NCBI GenBank assembly: GCA_019244185.1 | Contig: JAFATB010000026.1 | Coordinates: 148,175 to 212,174 of the forward strand | Length of the DNA stretch: 64,000 nucleotides | Source: Acidobacteriota bacterium | GTDB lineage: Bacteria; Acidobacteriota; Thermoanaerobaculia; Gp7-AA8 | Direction: 5' to 3' | Shown here: positions 8,874-18,089 of the stretch, one piece after another | How positions within the stretch are numbered: the stretch's first letter is position 1 | Layout of the letters: each line of letters begins with the position of its first letter | Notes under the pieces: model-generated | Databases searched by the model: none | What the model was told of the DNA's origin: nothing | The model's input: only the letters and a program-made list of their open reading frames with translations | Translations under genes and position numbers: made by a program

Positions 8874-9074
8874 TGCCGCCCACCAGGTGGCGGCCTTGCC
8901 GCCTAATCCTCGGCGCCGAGGAGCGGGGGAACCGATCAGCGACGGCTTGCCACCGTCCGGGGTGAATCCGGCCGAAAGCCGGTAGGGCTTCCAGCCCGAA
9001 TCCGACAGCTAACCTCGTAGGCAGCCGGAAGGCAGGCCAAGCAAACGCCGCGAATCTCGCGGCGTTTGTGTTTT
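8874..9074 (+). ncRNA. candidate structured small RNA or riboswitch-like leader (unclassified)
   Basis: Bounded by the promoter above and an intrinsic terminator. It contains several GC-rich hairpins (GCCGCCCACC/GGTGGCGGC, CCTCGG/CCGAGG, CCGG-GGTGAAT-CCGG, GGGC-TTCCA-GCCC). No credible ORF is present. Confidence 0.4.
9043..9074 (+). terminator. intrinsic terminator
   Basis: AAACGCCGCGA-ATC-TCGCGGCGTTT stem-loop followed by GTGTTTT. Confidence 0.7.
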
Positions 9075-9345
9075 CAGGCGGAAATCAGGGGGTGTTCACC
9101 TTTTCCTCACATGGTGCTAGAGTACGCCGCGATTTGGCGGAAAGGCGCTGCGTGAGCCCGGATGCCGGATGGGGTTCAACGATTCAAAAGTAAGAACGCT
9201 GTGGAACGGTGATTTGAACGAATCACCTGTCTGCGCATAGCTCTTTGCAAGCCGAACTCGATGTGCAGCAACAAGTTGGCAGGATCTGGCATGAACGGCC
9301 GGAAACCTGCACAAGGGTCGCCCCGAAATCTAGAAAGGAGCCGAT

Positions 9346-12300
9346 ATGAAACGGTGCCCTACCATTTGGTCTCGTGCGGTTTGGACCGCACTGCTCGTAT
9401 CACTGATCGCCGTCGGTGCATATGCGCAGCTTCAGTCAGGTAACATCTTCGGTACAGTCACAGGAAATGATGGAGCCGCCCTCCCGGGCGTCACTGTCAC
9501 CCTCTCAGGTATCGGTGCGGCGCAAAACACCGTCACCGATTCCGCCGGCCGCTTCCGCTTCATCAACCTCTCCCCCGGAACCTACACGCTCAAGGCAGAA
9601 CTGGCCGGATACGGCACGGCGACGCGCAGCGGCGTGACGGTCAACATCGGTCGTAACGCCGAACTGGCGATGACGCTCAATCCGTCCGTGTCGCAGTCGA
9701 TCACGGTCACGGCCGAAGCGCCTCTCCTGGACGTGCGCAAGACCGGCACGGGCAACGACGTTCCGCGCGTCGAGCTCGAGAAAATCCCGTCGGCCCGCGA
9801 CCCGTGGGTCATCCTGCAGCAGACCCCGGGCGTCACCATGGACCGTAACAACGTCGGTGGTAACGAGTCGGGTCAGCAGTCGGTGTACGTTTCGAAGGGC
9901 ACGATCGGCACGCAGTCGACGTGGAACGTTGACGGTGTCAACATCACCGACTTCGCCGCCACCGGTTCTTCGCCGTCGTACTACGACTTCGACTCGTTCG
10001 AAGAAATGCAGATCACGACGGGTGGTTCGGACCCGCGCATCATGACCCCGGGCGTCCAGCTCAACATGGTCACCAAGCGCGGCACGAACGACTTCAGCGG
10101 TTCCGCGCGGTACTTCCGCACGGACGGCGCCTGGCAGGCGGATCCCCGCGTTCCGGCCGAGGCGACCGCGTATCTCCCGCGTGTCAACGAGATCAACGGC
10201 ATCAGCGATGCCGGCGGTGACATCAGCGGTCCGATCATTCGCGACAAGCTGTGGCTGTGGGCTGCCTACGGCAAGCAGAACATCAACATCCTGTCGGCCG
10301 CGATCATCGCGGGCGCTCGCTTCCAGGACAAGACGCTCCTCCGCAACGAGAACGTCAAACTGAACGCGCAGCCGTTCGCCTCGAACAGCCTCACCCTCGT
10401 CGACCAGTTCGGTGAGAAGATCAAGAAGGGCCGCAACGTCGGTCCGACGCGTCTTCCGGAAACCGCCTGGAACCAGGGCAACATCTATGACAACGGCACG
10501 GGCAGCCTGACCGACCCGACGCTGTGGAAGATCGAAGACACGCAGCTCTTCGGACCGAACTTCTACCTCACCGGCATGTACTCGAAGGTCCAGGGCGGTT
10601 TCGGCCTCATCGCCGACAACGGCCAGGGCTGCACGACGTTCGAGTGCGGCGCTGCCGGCCCGGTGGCCAAGTTCAACGAAGCGATCGGCGCGTGGCAGGA
10701 CAGCTACGTCAGCATCGACTCGCTCCGTCCGCAGACGCAGTATCGTTTGGACGGTTCGGCGTTCGCCAACACGGGCGCGATGAGCCACGAGTTCAAGTTC
10801 GGCTGGGGCTATCGCGAAGCGAAAGTCACCTCTGACTCCGTCTGGCCGGGTGGCGAATACACCGACCTGTACTCCCTCGTCGGCGGTACGGACCAGGTGC
10901 TGTTCACCCGCTTCCCGCTCCTCACGTTCTCCGCGAAGTCGACCGACGCGTACATCGGCGACACGATGCTCCTCGGCAACCTGACCCTCCAGGCCGCTCT
11001 CCGTTACGACCTGCAGAAGGGTGCCAACTCCGCCGGCGTCTCGCCTGCGAACTCCGTCGTTCCTGAAATTCTCCCGACCGTCAACTTCCCCGCGGCCAGC
11101 GGCCTGTCGTGGGACAACATCTCGCCCCGCCTCGGTCTCACCTACGCTCTCGGCGCGGATCGCCGCACGCTGCTGCGTGCCGGCTACAACCGCTACGTCA
11201 ACCAGCTCAACTCCGGTGCAGTCACCCCGACGTCCCCCGGTGCGTACTCCCGCGTTCTGTACTACTTCAATGACCTGAACCACGATCAGGTCGCGCAGCA
11301 CAACGAGATCGACTTCGACTACGGTCCGCTCTTCTTCGATGGATTCGATCCGGCGAACCCCGGTGCCGCCGGCACCGCGTTCACCCGCTGGGATCCGGAC
11401 CTGAAGGCGCCGATCACGGACGAAATCCTCCTCGGCGGCGAGCGCGAAGTGCTCACCAACTTCAGCGTCGGCCTCAACCTCACGTACCGCAAGCTGAAAG
11501 ACTTCGTCGGCACCTACAACGAGAAGCACCAGGGTCAGGGTGACTTCTACACGGCGGCCGACTACGTGCAGCGCCACACCAGCGGCACCCTGAACAACAA
11601 CGTCCCCACGTCGCCGTTCGCGGGTACGCCGTTCGACGTCACGTACTACGAACTGGCCGCCGGCGTTCCGCTCCCGGTCTACAGCGTCATCCGCAACATC
11701 CCTGACTACGAGCAGACGTACAAGGGCGCTGAGCTCAACCTCATCAAGCGCATGTCCAACCGCTGGATGATGCGCGGCAACGTGACCCTCCAGGACTGGA
11801 CGCAGGATTCCGGCGCGAACACGTCGGCTGACCCGAGCCGCGCTCGTGCGGCCAATGCGTTCACGGCCTGCCTCACCTGCAACGGCGCGGTCATCTATCA
11901 GTCGACCGGTTCGGGCAGCAAGGGCAACGTCTACATCAACTCGAAGTGGTCGACGAGCCTCACCGGCCTCTATCAGATCCCGGTCGTCGAGACCTCGCTC
12001 GGCTTCAACCTGAACTCGCGTCAGGGCTACGCCCTCCCGTACGTGTATGCGGTTCGTACTCGTGAAGGCACGAAGAACATCATCGCGACCGACGAGGTCG
12101 ACTCCGAGCGCCTCCCGAACGTCACGCAGCTCGACATGAACCTGTCGAAGGACTTCCGCTTCCGTGGCCTCGGCTTCACGGTTTCGGTCGACGCGTTCAA
12201 CGTGCTCAACAAGAACACGGTCCTGCAGCGCAACGCCGGCGCCGAGAACGCCAACGCGTTCAACAGCGCGAGTCCGACGGGCAGCGCTCTGAACACGTCC

Positions 12301-12372
12301 ACCACCACCGGTCGTGTGGTCGAAGTGCTCTCGCCGCGCGTGTTCCGCATCGGCGCCCGCTTCTCCTTCTAA
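9346..12372 (+). CDS. TonB-dependent receptor-like outer membrane protein with CarboxypepD_reg N-terminal domain (Oar-like)
   Basis: RBS AAAGGAG 6 nt upstream. Signal peptide. GNIFGTVTGNDGAALPGVTVTLSG..RFRFINLSPGTYTLKAEL is a carboxypeptidase-regulatory-like domain. A plug-like segment and a long beta-barrel follow, ending in RIGARFSF with a terminal aromatic residue. Confidence 0.85.
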   Translation: MKRCPTIWSRAVWTALLVSLIAVGAYAQLQSGNIFGTVTGNDGAALPGVTVTLSGIGAAQNTVTDSAGRFRFINLSPGTYTLKAELAGYGTATRSGVTVNIGRNAELAMTLNPSVSQSITVTAEAPLLDVRKTGTGNDVPRVELEKIPSARDPWVILQQTPGVTMDRNNVGGNESGQQSVYVSKGTIGTQSTWNVDGVNITDFAATGSSPSYYDFDSFEEMQITTGGSDPRIMTPGVQLNMVTKRGTNDFSGSARYFRTDGAWQADPRVPAEATAYLPRVNEINGISDAGGDISGPIIRDKLWLWAAYGKQNINILSAAIIAGARFQDKTLLRNENVKLNAQPFASNSLTLVDQFGEKIKKGRNVGPTRLPETAWNQGNIYDNGTGSLTDPTLWKIEDTQLFGPNFYLTGMYSKVQGGFGLIADNGQGCTTFECGAAGPVAKFNEAIGAWQDSYVSIDSLRPQTQYRLDGSAFANTGAMSHEFKFGWGYREAKVTSDSVWPGGEYTDLYSLVGGTDQVLFTRFPLLTFSAKSTDAYIGDTMLLGNLTLQAALRYDLQKGANSAGVSPANSVVPEILPTVNFPAASGLSWDNISPRLGLTYALGADRRTLLRAGYNRYVNQLNSGAVTPTSPGAYSRVLYYFNDLNHDQVAQHNEIDFDYGPLFFDGFDPANPGAAGTAFTRWDPDLKAPITDEILLGGEREVLTNFSVGLNLTYRKLKDFVGTYNEKHQGQGDFYTAADYVQRHTSGTLNNNVPTSPFAGTPFDVTYYELAAGVPLPVYSVIRNIPDYEQTYKGAELNLIKRMSNRWMMRGNVTLQDWTQDSGANTSADPSRARAANAFTACLTCNGAVIYQSTGSGSKGNVYINSKWSTSLTGLYQIPVVETSLGFNLNSRQGYALPYVYAVRTREGTKNIIATDEVDSERLPNVTQLDMNLSKDFRFRGLGFTVSVDAFNVLNKNTVLQRNAGAENANAFNSASPTGSALNTSTTTGRVVEVLSPRVFRIGARFSF

Positions 12373-12396
12373 GTCGTATCCACGCAGTCACACGAA

Positions 12397-12426
12397 CCCG
12401 CTGGGGGCAACCCCAGCGGGTTTTTT
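12397..12426 (+). terminator. intrinsic terminator
   Basis: CCCGCTGGGG-GCAA-CCCCAGCGGG followed by TTTTTT, 25 nt after the stop codon. Confidence 0.85.
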
Positions 12427-12532
12427 GTTGCTCTCGCCGCCGCGGCACGCGCTGGAAGAGACAGCCACCCCTCCGCGTTGTCAGCACGGACGCGCGCGGC
12501 TCGCGCACGACACACCAACATCAGGAGACGGC

Positions 12533-13594
12533 ATGCGGAAGCTCACTCTCATCATCACGATCGCGCTGTCGATCGTCGTCGCCGCGGTTGCGACCGCGCA
12601 GGTCCGGGGACATGGTCGCCTTCAGGGCATCGTCACCGACAAAGCCACCGGTAAACCGGTCGCCGGTGCGAAGGTCACGGTCAGCGCCGCCGATCAGGAA
12701 ACGCAGCCGATCGTCACCAAGACCGACTCGCGCGGACACTGGTCCGCCCTCGGCCTCGTCGGCGGCACCTGGAACATCGACATCGTCGCCGACGGCTACG
12801 ACACCACGCGCGGCTCCGCGAGCGTCAGCGAAATGACGATGTCGCCGCTCATCAAGACGGCCATGGCTCCCGCGGTCCAGCAGGAGCAGCAGCCCGAGAT
12901 GGCGCCCGTGGCCAACCCGATCATTCCGGAGGAAGCCGTCAACGCGATCAACGCGGGACAGGAACTGCTCAAGGTGAAAGCGGGCGACACCGTCACCGGT
13001 GCCGACAACTCGCAGCACGCCGCCACCGCCGACGAAGTCAAGGCGAACGCCGCGCAGGCCGTCACGCAGTTCGAGAAGGCCATCTCGCTGCTTCCCACCG
13101 ACAAGGAAGAAGCGCAGAAGGTGCGCCTGCAGCTGATGGGCGTCATGTCGCGTGCGTACTACAACGCCGGCGATCTGCCGAAGGCGATCTCCACGCTCGA
13201 ACAGCTCAACGCCGCCGATCCGTCCGATCCGAACGCCGGCGCGCGCAAGCTCCTCCTCGTGAACCTCTACCTCGAGAACCACGACCTCGAGAAGGGCCGC
13301 ACGCTGCTCGAGCAGGTTCCTGCCGGCACGGTCACCGATCCGACGATCTACATGAACATCGGCATTCTGTTCCTCAATCAGCAGAAGCCGGCCGACGCGC
13401 TCAAGTACTTCAGCGACGCGGTGAAGCTCGACGCGAAGAACGCGGCCGCGTACTACTACCGCGGTCTCGCGGAAGTGCAGCTGAAGAAGGTCGCCGACGC
13501 GCGGACCGACTTCCAGCAGGTGATCGCGCTCTCACCCGATTCGTCCGAGGCGCGTGATTCGAAGCAGATGCTCGACGCGCTCAGTCACAGCTGA
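12533..13594 (+). CDS. secreted CarboxypepD_reg-like domain plus TPR repeat protein
   Basis: AGGAGA RBS precedes the ATG at 12533 (the track ORF begins upstream at 12314). Signal peptide. RLQGIVTDKATGKPVAGAKVTVS...GGTWNIDIVADGY is followed by TPR-like helices (AYYNAGDLPKAISTLEQL, AAAYYYRGLAEVQLKKVADARTDFQQVIALSPD). Confidence 0.75.
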   Translation: MRKLTLIITIALSIVVAAVATAQVRGHGRLQGIVTDKATGKPVAGAKVTVSAADQETQPIVTKTDSRGHWSALGLVGGTWNIDIVADGYDTTRGSASVSEMTMSPLIKTAMAPAVQQEQQPEMAPVANPIIPEEAVNAINAGQELLKVKAGDTVTGADNSQHAATADEVKANAAQAVTQFEKAISLLPTDKEEAQKVRLQLMGVMSRAYYNAGDLPKAISTLEQLNAADPSDPNAGARKLLLVNLYLENHDLEKGRTLLEQVPAGTVTDPTIYMNIGILFLNQQKPADALKYFSDAVKLDAKNAAAYYYRGLAEVQLKKVADARTDFQQVIALSPDSSEARDSKQMLDALSHS

Positions 13595-13620
13595 CGCGCT
13601 CACGCGTCTGACTCGTGCGC

Positions 13621-15855
13621 ATGTCCTTCCAGCGGTTCCCACGCTCCATCAGGGCGGTCGTTTCCACGGCCGCCCTGATGTTCGTTACGCTCTCCTGCGG
13701 GCGCCGTGCGGCGATCCCCGCGCCGTCGCGCCAGACGCCGGTCATCCTGATCTCGATCGATACGCTGCGGTCCGATCACCTGCCTGCATACGGCTACAAG
13801 AGCGTCGAGACGCCCGCCATCGACGCGCTGCGCGCCGACTCGATCCTCTATCGCCGCGCGTACAGCCACACGCCGCTCACGTTTCCGTCGCACGTCTCGA
13901 TCCTCACCGGCATGCTGCCGGCGGACAACGGCGTGCGCGACAACGTCGGCTACCGCGTGTCTCCCTCCGCGCAGATGGTGCAGGAGGTGCTCAAGAAGAA
14001 CGGCTACGTGACGGGCGGCGCGATCTCCGCGTTCGTGCTGCGTCACGAGACGCTGCTCTCGCGCGGCTTCGACTTCTTCGACGACGCCGTGCAGCCGGTG
14101 AACGGGCAGATCGCCATCGGACGCGTGCAGCGCACCGGCGGTGAGACGCTCGCGGCCGGCAAGCCGTGGATCGACGCACATATCAACAAGCCGTTCTTCT
14201 TCTTCCTGCACCTCTACGATCCGCACACGCCGTACACGCCGCCCGAGCCGTACTTCTCGCGTTACACGAATCACTACGACGGCGAGATCGCGTACTCCGA
14301 CTCGCTCGTCGGTGAGCTGATCGCAGACCTCAAGCAGAAGGGCGTCTACGACAAGGCGCTCATCATCCTGCTTTCCGATCACGGCGAAGGTCTCAACGAG
14401 CATGGCGAGGAGGAGCACGGCTTCTTCCTCTATCGCGAGGCCATCCAGGTGCCGCTGCTCGTCAAGCTGCCGAACTCCGCGCGCGGCGGCACCAGCGTCG
14501 ACGCGCCGGTGCAGCTCGTCGACGTCTTCCCGACCATCGTCGAGCGCACCGCCAGCGCGATGCCGCCGGGCAATCATCCAGGACAGTCGCTGCTCGCGTT
14601 CCTCGACAAGAACGCGCCGTCGCGGCAGATCTACTCGGAGACGTACTACGGCCGCTTCCACTTCGGCTGGAGCGAGCTGCATTCGCTGATCAGCGGCAAC
14701 GATCACTACATCCGCGCGCCGCAGCCCGAGCTCTACGACCTCGACAAAGACCCGGGCGAGAAGCACAACGCGATCGAGGAGAACCGCCGCGCGTACGTGC
14801 GTCTGCGCGCCGCGATCGAGCCGCTCATCAAAGAGCCGGAAGCCCCGTCGAACGTCGACTCCGAAACGAAGGCGAAGCTCGCCGCGCTCGGCTACATCGG
14901 CTCGACCGTGCAGACCGCGAAAGGGCAGGCGCTGCCCGATCCGAAGACGAAGATGGGCGAGTTCCACGACGTGCGGCTCGCGTACACGTACTTCGAGAAC
15001 AACAACCCGCAGGAAGCGCTCAACATCACGCAGCGGCTGCTGAAGAACAATCCCGAGCTCGTGGACATGTGGGATCTGCAGGCCAAGATCCTCTTCAAGC
15101 TCAACCGCCGCCAGGATGCGCTCGAAACGGCGAAGGAAGGACTGCGTCATTCGCCGATGGCGATCACGCTGCTCTTCAATGTCGCGGACATCGCGCTCGC
15201 GCTCAACGATCTCGACACCGCGCAGAAGCATCTCGAGATCGCCGAGAAGATCGAGCCGGGCCAGGCGCACGAGACGCTCGCGCGCGTCTGGCTGCTGCGC
15301 GGCAACCAGCAGAAGGGCGAAGAGGAAGCGAAGCTCGCGCTGCAGACGCATCAGATCCCGACGAAAGCGCTGATGATCCTCGGCTCCATCGAGATGGACC
15401 GCCAGCATTACGAGAAGGCGCTCGAGTACTACCGGCAGGCGGGAGCGGGGGAGAAGCGCTGGACCGGGAAGCCGGTCGAGAACCTGCACGCGAACAGCGG
15501 CGACGCGCTGGCACGCCTCGGACGCAACGACGAAGCGGAGCGCGAGTTCCGCGCGGAGCTCGTCGACTTTCCGAAGAACGCGCGCGCGTACTCGTCCCTC
15601 ATCGTGCTGCTCGTGACGGAGCGCCGCACCGACGAGGCCACGCGGCTCGTCTTCGACGCGATCAAAGCCAATCCGACGCCCAACATGTACGAGGTCATCT
15701 CCGAGACGCTGAAGGCGATCGGCGATGATCGCGGCGCGATGTTCTGGGCGTATCAGGGCATCCAGAAGTTTCCGCAGGACGCCGAGCTGCGGCGGCTGCC
15801 GCAACGCCTCGAGCGCGTCACGCCGCTGCTGCGAGAGCACATGCGCACGAACTGA
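13621..15855 (+). CDS. sulfatase-like (alkaline phosphatase superfamily) enzyme fused to C-terminal TPR domain, copy 1
   Basis: ILISIDTLRSDHL metal site, SHTPLTFPSHVSILTG, LLSDHGEGLNEHGEEEHG, then TPR repeats. An alternative GTG start lies at 13615. Confidence 0.85.
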   Translation: MSFQRFPRSIRAVVSTAALMFVTLSCGRRAAIPAPSRQTPVILISIDTLRSDHLPAYGYKSVETPAIDALRADSILYRRAYSHTPLTFPSHVSILTGMLPADNGVRDNVGYRVSPSAQMVQEVLKKNGYVTGGAISAFVLRHETLLSRGFDFFDDAVQPVNGQIAIGRVQRTGGETLAAGKPWIDAHINKPFFFFLHLYDPHTPYTPPEPYFSRYTNHYDGEIAYSDSLVGELIADLKQKGVYDKALIILLSDHGEGLNEHGEEEHGFFLYREAIQVPLLVKLPNSARGGTSVDAPVQLVDVFPTIVERTASAMPPGNHPGQSLLAFLDKNAPSRQIYSETYYGRFHFGWSELHSLISGNDHYIRAPQPELYDLDKDPGEKHNAIEENRRAYVRLRAAIEPLIKEPEAPSNVDSETKAKLAALGYIGSTVQTAKGQALPDPKTKMGEFHDVRLAYTYFENNNPQEALNITQRLLKNNPELVDMWDLQAKILFKLNRRQDALETAKEGLRHSPMAITLLFNVADIALALNDLDTAQKHLEIAEKIEPGQAHETLARVWLLRGNQQKGEEEAKLALQTHQIPTKALMILGSIEMDRQHYEKALEYYRQAGAGEKRWTGKPVENLHANSGDALARLGRNDEAEREFRAELVDFPKNARAYSSLIVLLVTERRTDEATRLVFDAIKANPTPNMYEVISETLKAIGDDRGAMFWAYQGIQKFPQDAELRRLPQRLERVTPLLREHMRTN

Positions 15856-15857
15856 TC

Positions 15858-17987
15858 GTGCATCCGAAGATGGCAGCTCGCAAATCGCGCATCGTCCTCG
15901 TTTCCGTCGTCGCGGTCGTGCTCGTCGCGGCCGCGGCGGCCTGGTTCGTCGTGAAGCGTCATGCCGCGAGCGGCGGCGGTGCCGGCGCGTTCTTCGGCGG
16001 ACACAGCGGCCCCGCGCGCGACATCATCCTCGTCACCATCGACACGACGCGCGCGGACGCGCTCGGCTACGCCGGCAACACCACCGTCCGCACGCCGTTC
16101 CTCGACTCGCTCGCGGCGAAGGGCCTCGTGTTCACGAACGCGCACGCGCACAACGTGATCACGCTGCCGTCCCACATCAACATCTTGACCGGTTTGTATC
16201 CGTACCAGCACGGCGTGCGCGAGAACGCCGGCTTCACGCTCGACGCCTCGCACGCCACCGTCGCCACGATGCTGCGCAAGGCCGGCTACGCGACCGGCGC
16301 GTTCGTCGGCGCGTTTCCGCTCGACGCGCGCTTCGGACTCAATCAGGGCTTCGACGTGTACGACGACAACTACGGCAAAGGACAGGCGACCGTCGACTTC
16401 GTCGTGCAGGAGCGACCCGCGAGCGCCGTGCTCGCCGCGGCCACGGACTGGTGGCGGCGCAACGAAGGGAAGAAGCGCTTCATGTGGGTCCACTGCTACG
16501 ACCCGCACGCGCCGTATCTGCCGCCCGAGCCGTACCGCACGGAGTTCCGCGGACATCCGTATCTCGGCGAGATCTCGTACGTCGACGCGCAGCTCTCCGA
16601 GGCGCTGACGCCGATCCTCACGGCGAATCCCGACGCGCTCGTCATCGTCACCGCCGATCACGGCGAGTCGCTCGGCGAGCACGGCGAGCGCACGCACGGA
16701 CTGTTCGCCTATGAAGTCACGCTGAAGATTCCGCTGCTCCTCGCGCGCGGCGGCGTCGCGCACCGCGTCGTCTCCGACTACGTGCGCCACATCGACATCG
16801 TGCCCACGATCCTCGACTCCGCCGGCGTCGCCGCGCCGAAAGAACTGCTCGGACGCTCGCTGCTGCGGAGCGGCGCCGCGACCGACACGTACTTCGAGTC
16901 GCTGTCGACGTCGATCAACCGCGGCTGGGCGCCGCTCACCGGCGTCATCCACAGCGGCCTGAAGTACATTCAGGTGCCGATCACCGAGCTGTACGACCTG
17001 CAGTCCGATCCGCACGAGCAGACCAACGTCGCCGGCGACCGCCGTCGCGACGTCGAGGCCGCGCGAAAGATTCTGGCGTCGCTCGCGAGCAGCGCGCCCG
17101 CGCCGTCGCGCAACGTTTCGAGCGAAGAGATCGCGCGGCTGCGCAGCCTCGGCTACATCACCGGCTCCGCGGAGACGAAGGACCACTACACCGCCGCAGA
17201 CGATCCGAAGACGCTCGTGCACCTCGACTCGAAGATGCACGACGCGGTCGATGCGTTCGAGCGCGGGCAAGCCGAGCGCGGCCTCTCGCTCGCGCGCGAA
17301 GTGGTCGCCGAGCGTCCGACCATGAGCGCGGGCCGCGAGTTGCTCGCGTTCATGCTGCAGCAGAACGATCGCGTCGCCGAGGCCATCGAACAGCTCGAGG
17401 TGCTGACGCGCGATCCGCACGTGAGCGACGACGACCGCACGCAGCTCGCGTTGCTGTATTGCGAGACCGGGCAGCCGAAGAAAGCGGTCGCGCTGCTCGA
17501 GCCGCACAGCAAGACGGACAATCCCGATCTGCTCAACACGTATGGCGTCGCGCTGTCCGATGACCGCCAGGTCGAGCCCGCGCGGCAGCAGTTCGAGCGC
17601 GCGCTCGCGATCGATCCGAACAACGCGCCGGCGCTGCAGAACCTCGGCATCCTCGCGCTGCGCATGGACGACGTGCCCACCGCGCGCAACTATCTCGGCC
17701 GCGCGCTCGAGCTCAATCCGAAGCTGCCGCTCGCGCTGAACACGCTCGGCGTCGTGTACGCGCGCGAGAACGACTTCCAGCACGCCGTGGAGATGTGGCA
17801 GCGCGCCGTCGACGTCGATCCGCGCCAGTACGACGCGCTCTACAACATCGGCATGGTGGCCGTGCAGGCGCGCAACGCGCCGGCCGCGCGTCAGGCGCTC
17901 ACGCGCTTCGTCAACACCGCGCCGCCGTCGCAATACGCGAACGACATCGCCTCCGCGCGTCGCATCCTCGCGACGATGCCGCACTGA
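15858..17987 (+). CDS. sulfatase-like enzyme fused to C-terminal TPR domain, copy 2 (paralog)
   Basis: ILVTIDTTRADAL, AHNVITLPSHINILTG, VTADHGESLGEHGERTHG, then TPR repeats. It starts 2 nt after the copy 1 stop (alternative ATG at 15870). Confidence 0.85.
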   Translation: MHPKMAARKSRIVLVSVVAVVLVAAAAAWFVVKRHAASGGGAGAFFGGHSGPARDIILVTIDTTRADALGYAGNTTVRTPFLDSLAAKGLVFTNAHAHNVITLPSHINILTGLYPYQHGVRENAGFTLDASHATVATMLRKAGYATGAFVGAFPLDARFGLNQGFDVYDDNYGKGQATVDFVVQERPASAVLAAATDWWRRNEGKKRFMWVHCYDPHAPYLPPEPYRTEFRGHPYLGEISYVDAQLSEALTPILTANPDALVIVTADHGESLGEHGERTHGLFAYEVTLKIPLLLARGGVAHRVVSDYVRHIDIVPTILDSAGVAAPKELLGRSLLRSGAATDTYFESLSTSINRGWAPLTGVIHSGLKYIQVPITELYDLQSDPHEQTNVAGDRRRDVEAARKILASLASSAPAPSRNVSSEEIARLRSLGYITGSAETKDHYTAADDPKTLVHLDSKMHDAVDAFERGQAERGLSLAREVVAERPTMSAGRELLAFMLQQNDRVAEAIEQLEVLTRDPHVSDDDRTQLALLYCETGQPKKAVALLEPHSKTDNPDLLNTYGVALSDDRQVEPARQQFERALAIDPNNAPALQNLGILALRMDDVPTARNYLGRALELNPKLPLALNTLGVVYARENDFQHAVEMWQRAVDVDPRQYDALYNIGMVAVQARNAPAARQALTRFVNTAPPSQYANDIASARRILATMPH

Positions 17988-18089
17988 GACAAACCGTTTC
18001 AGCAGTGTGACCACCGTGTCGCGCGAGCGCGATAACGTAAGCGGCACCGCGTTCCCCGAAGTGCAACGCCTGTTTTGCGAAGGAGGATC

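Noticed and set aside
8874-9040. Assigning the intergenic RNA candidate to the cobalamin or FMN riboswitch class.
   Set aside because: GGUGAAUCC-, AGCCCGAA- and CCGACAG-like fragments are present. However, their order and the absence of GCCACUG plus ACCUGCC (B12 box), or of the full six-helix FMN core, do not fit the consensus as I recall it. A covariance-model search is needed, so it stays unclassified.
9277-9292. Sigma-54-like promoter TGGCAG-GATC-TGGCAT upstream of the TonB-dependent receptor gene.
   Set aside because: The GG-to-GC spacing is one nucleotide short of the TGGCAC-N5-TTGCW consensus, and the -12 element is imperfect. No enhancer-binding protein gene is nearby.
9505-11577. Very long antisense or out-of-frame ORFs throughout the track (e.g. 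9505..11577 -, 13600..15840 -, 15753..18047 -, 18114..20174 -, 20538..22160 -, 39667..41481 +, 46822..49119 +, 57239..59752 -).
   Set aside because: Their translations are dominated by Arg, Ala, Gly and Asp/Glu runs with no motifs. They mirror well-supported genes on the other strand or frame. These are the shadow ORFs expected where stop codons are rare in GC-rich DNA.
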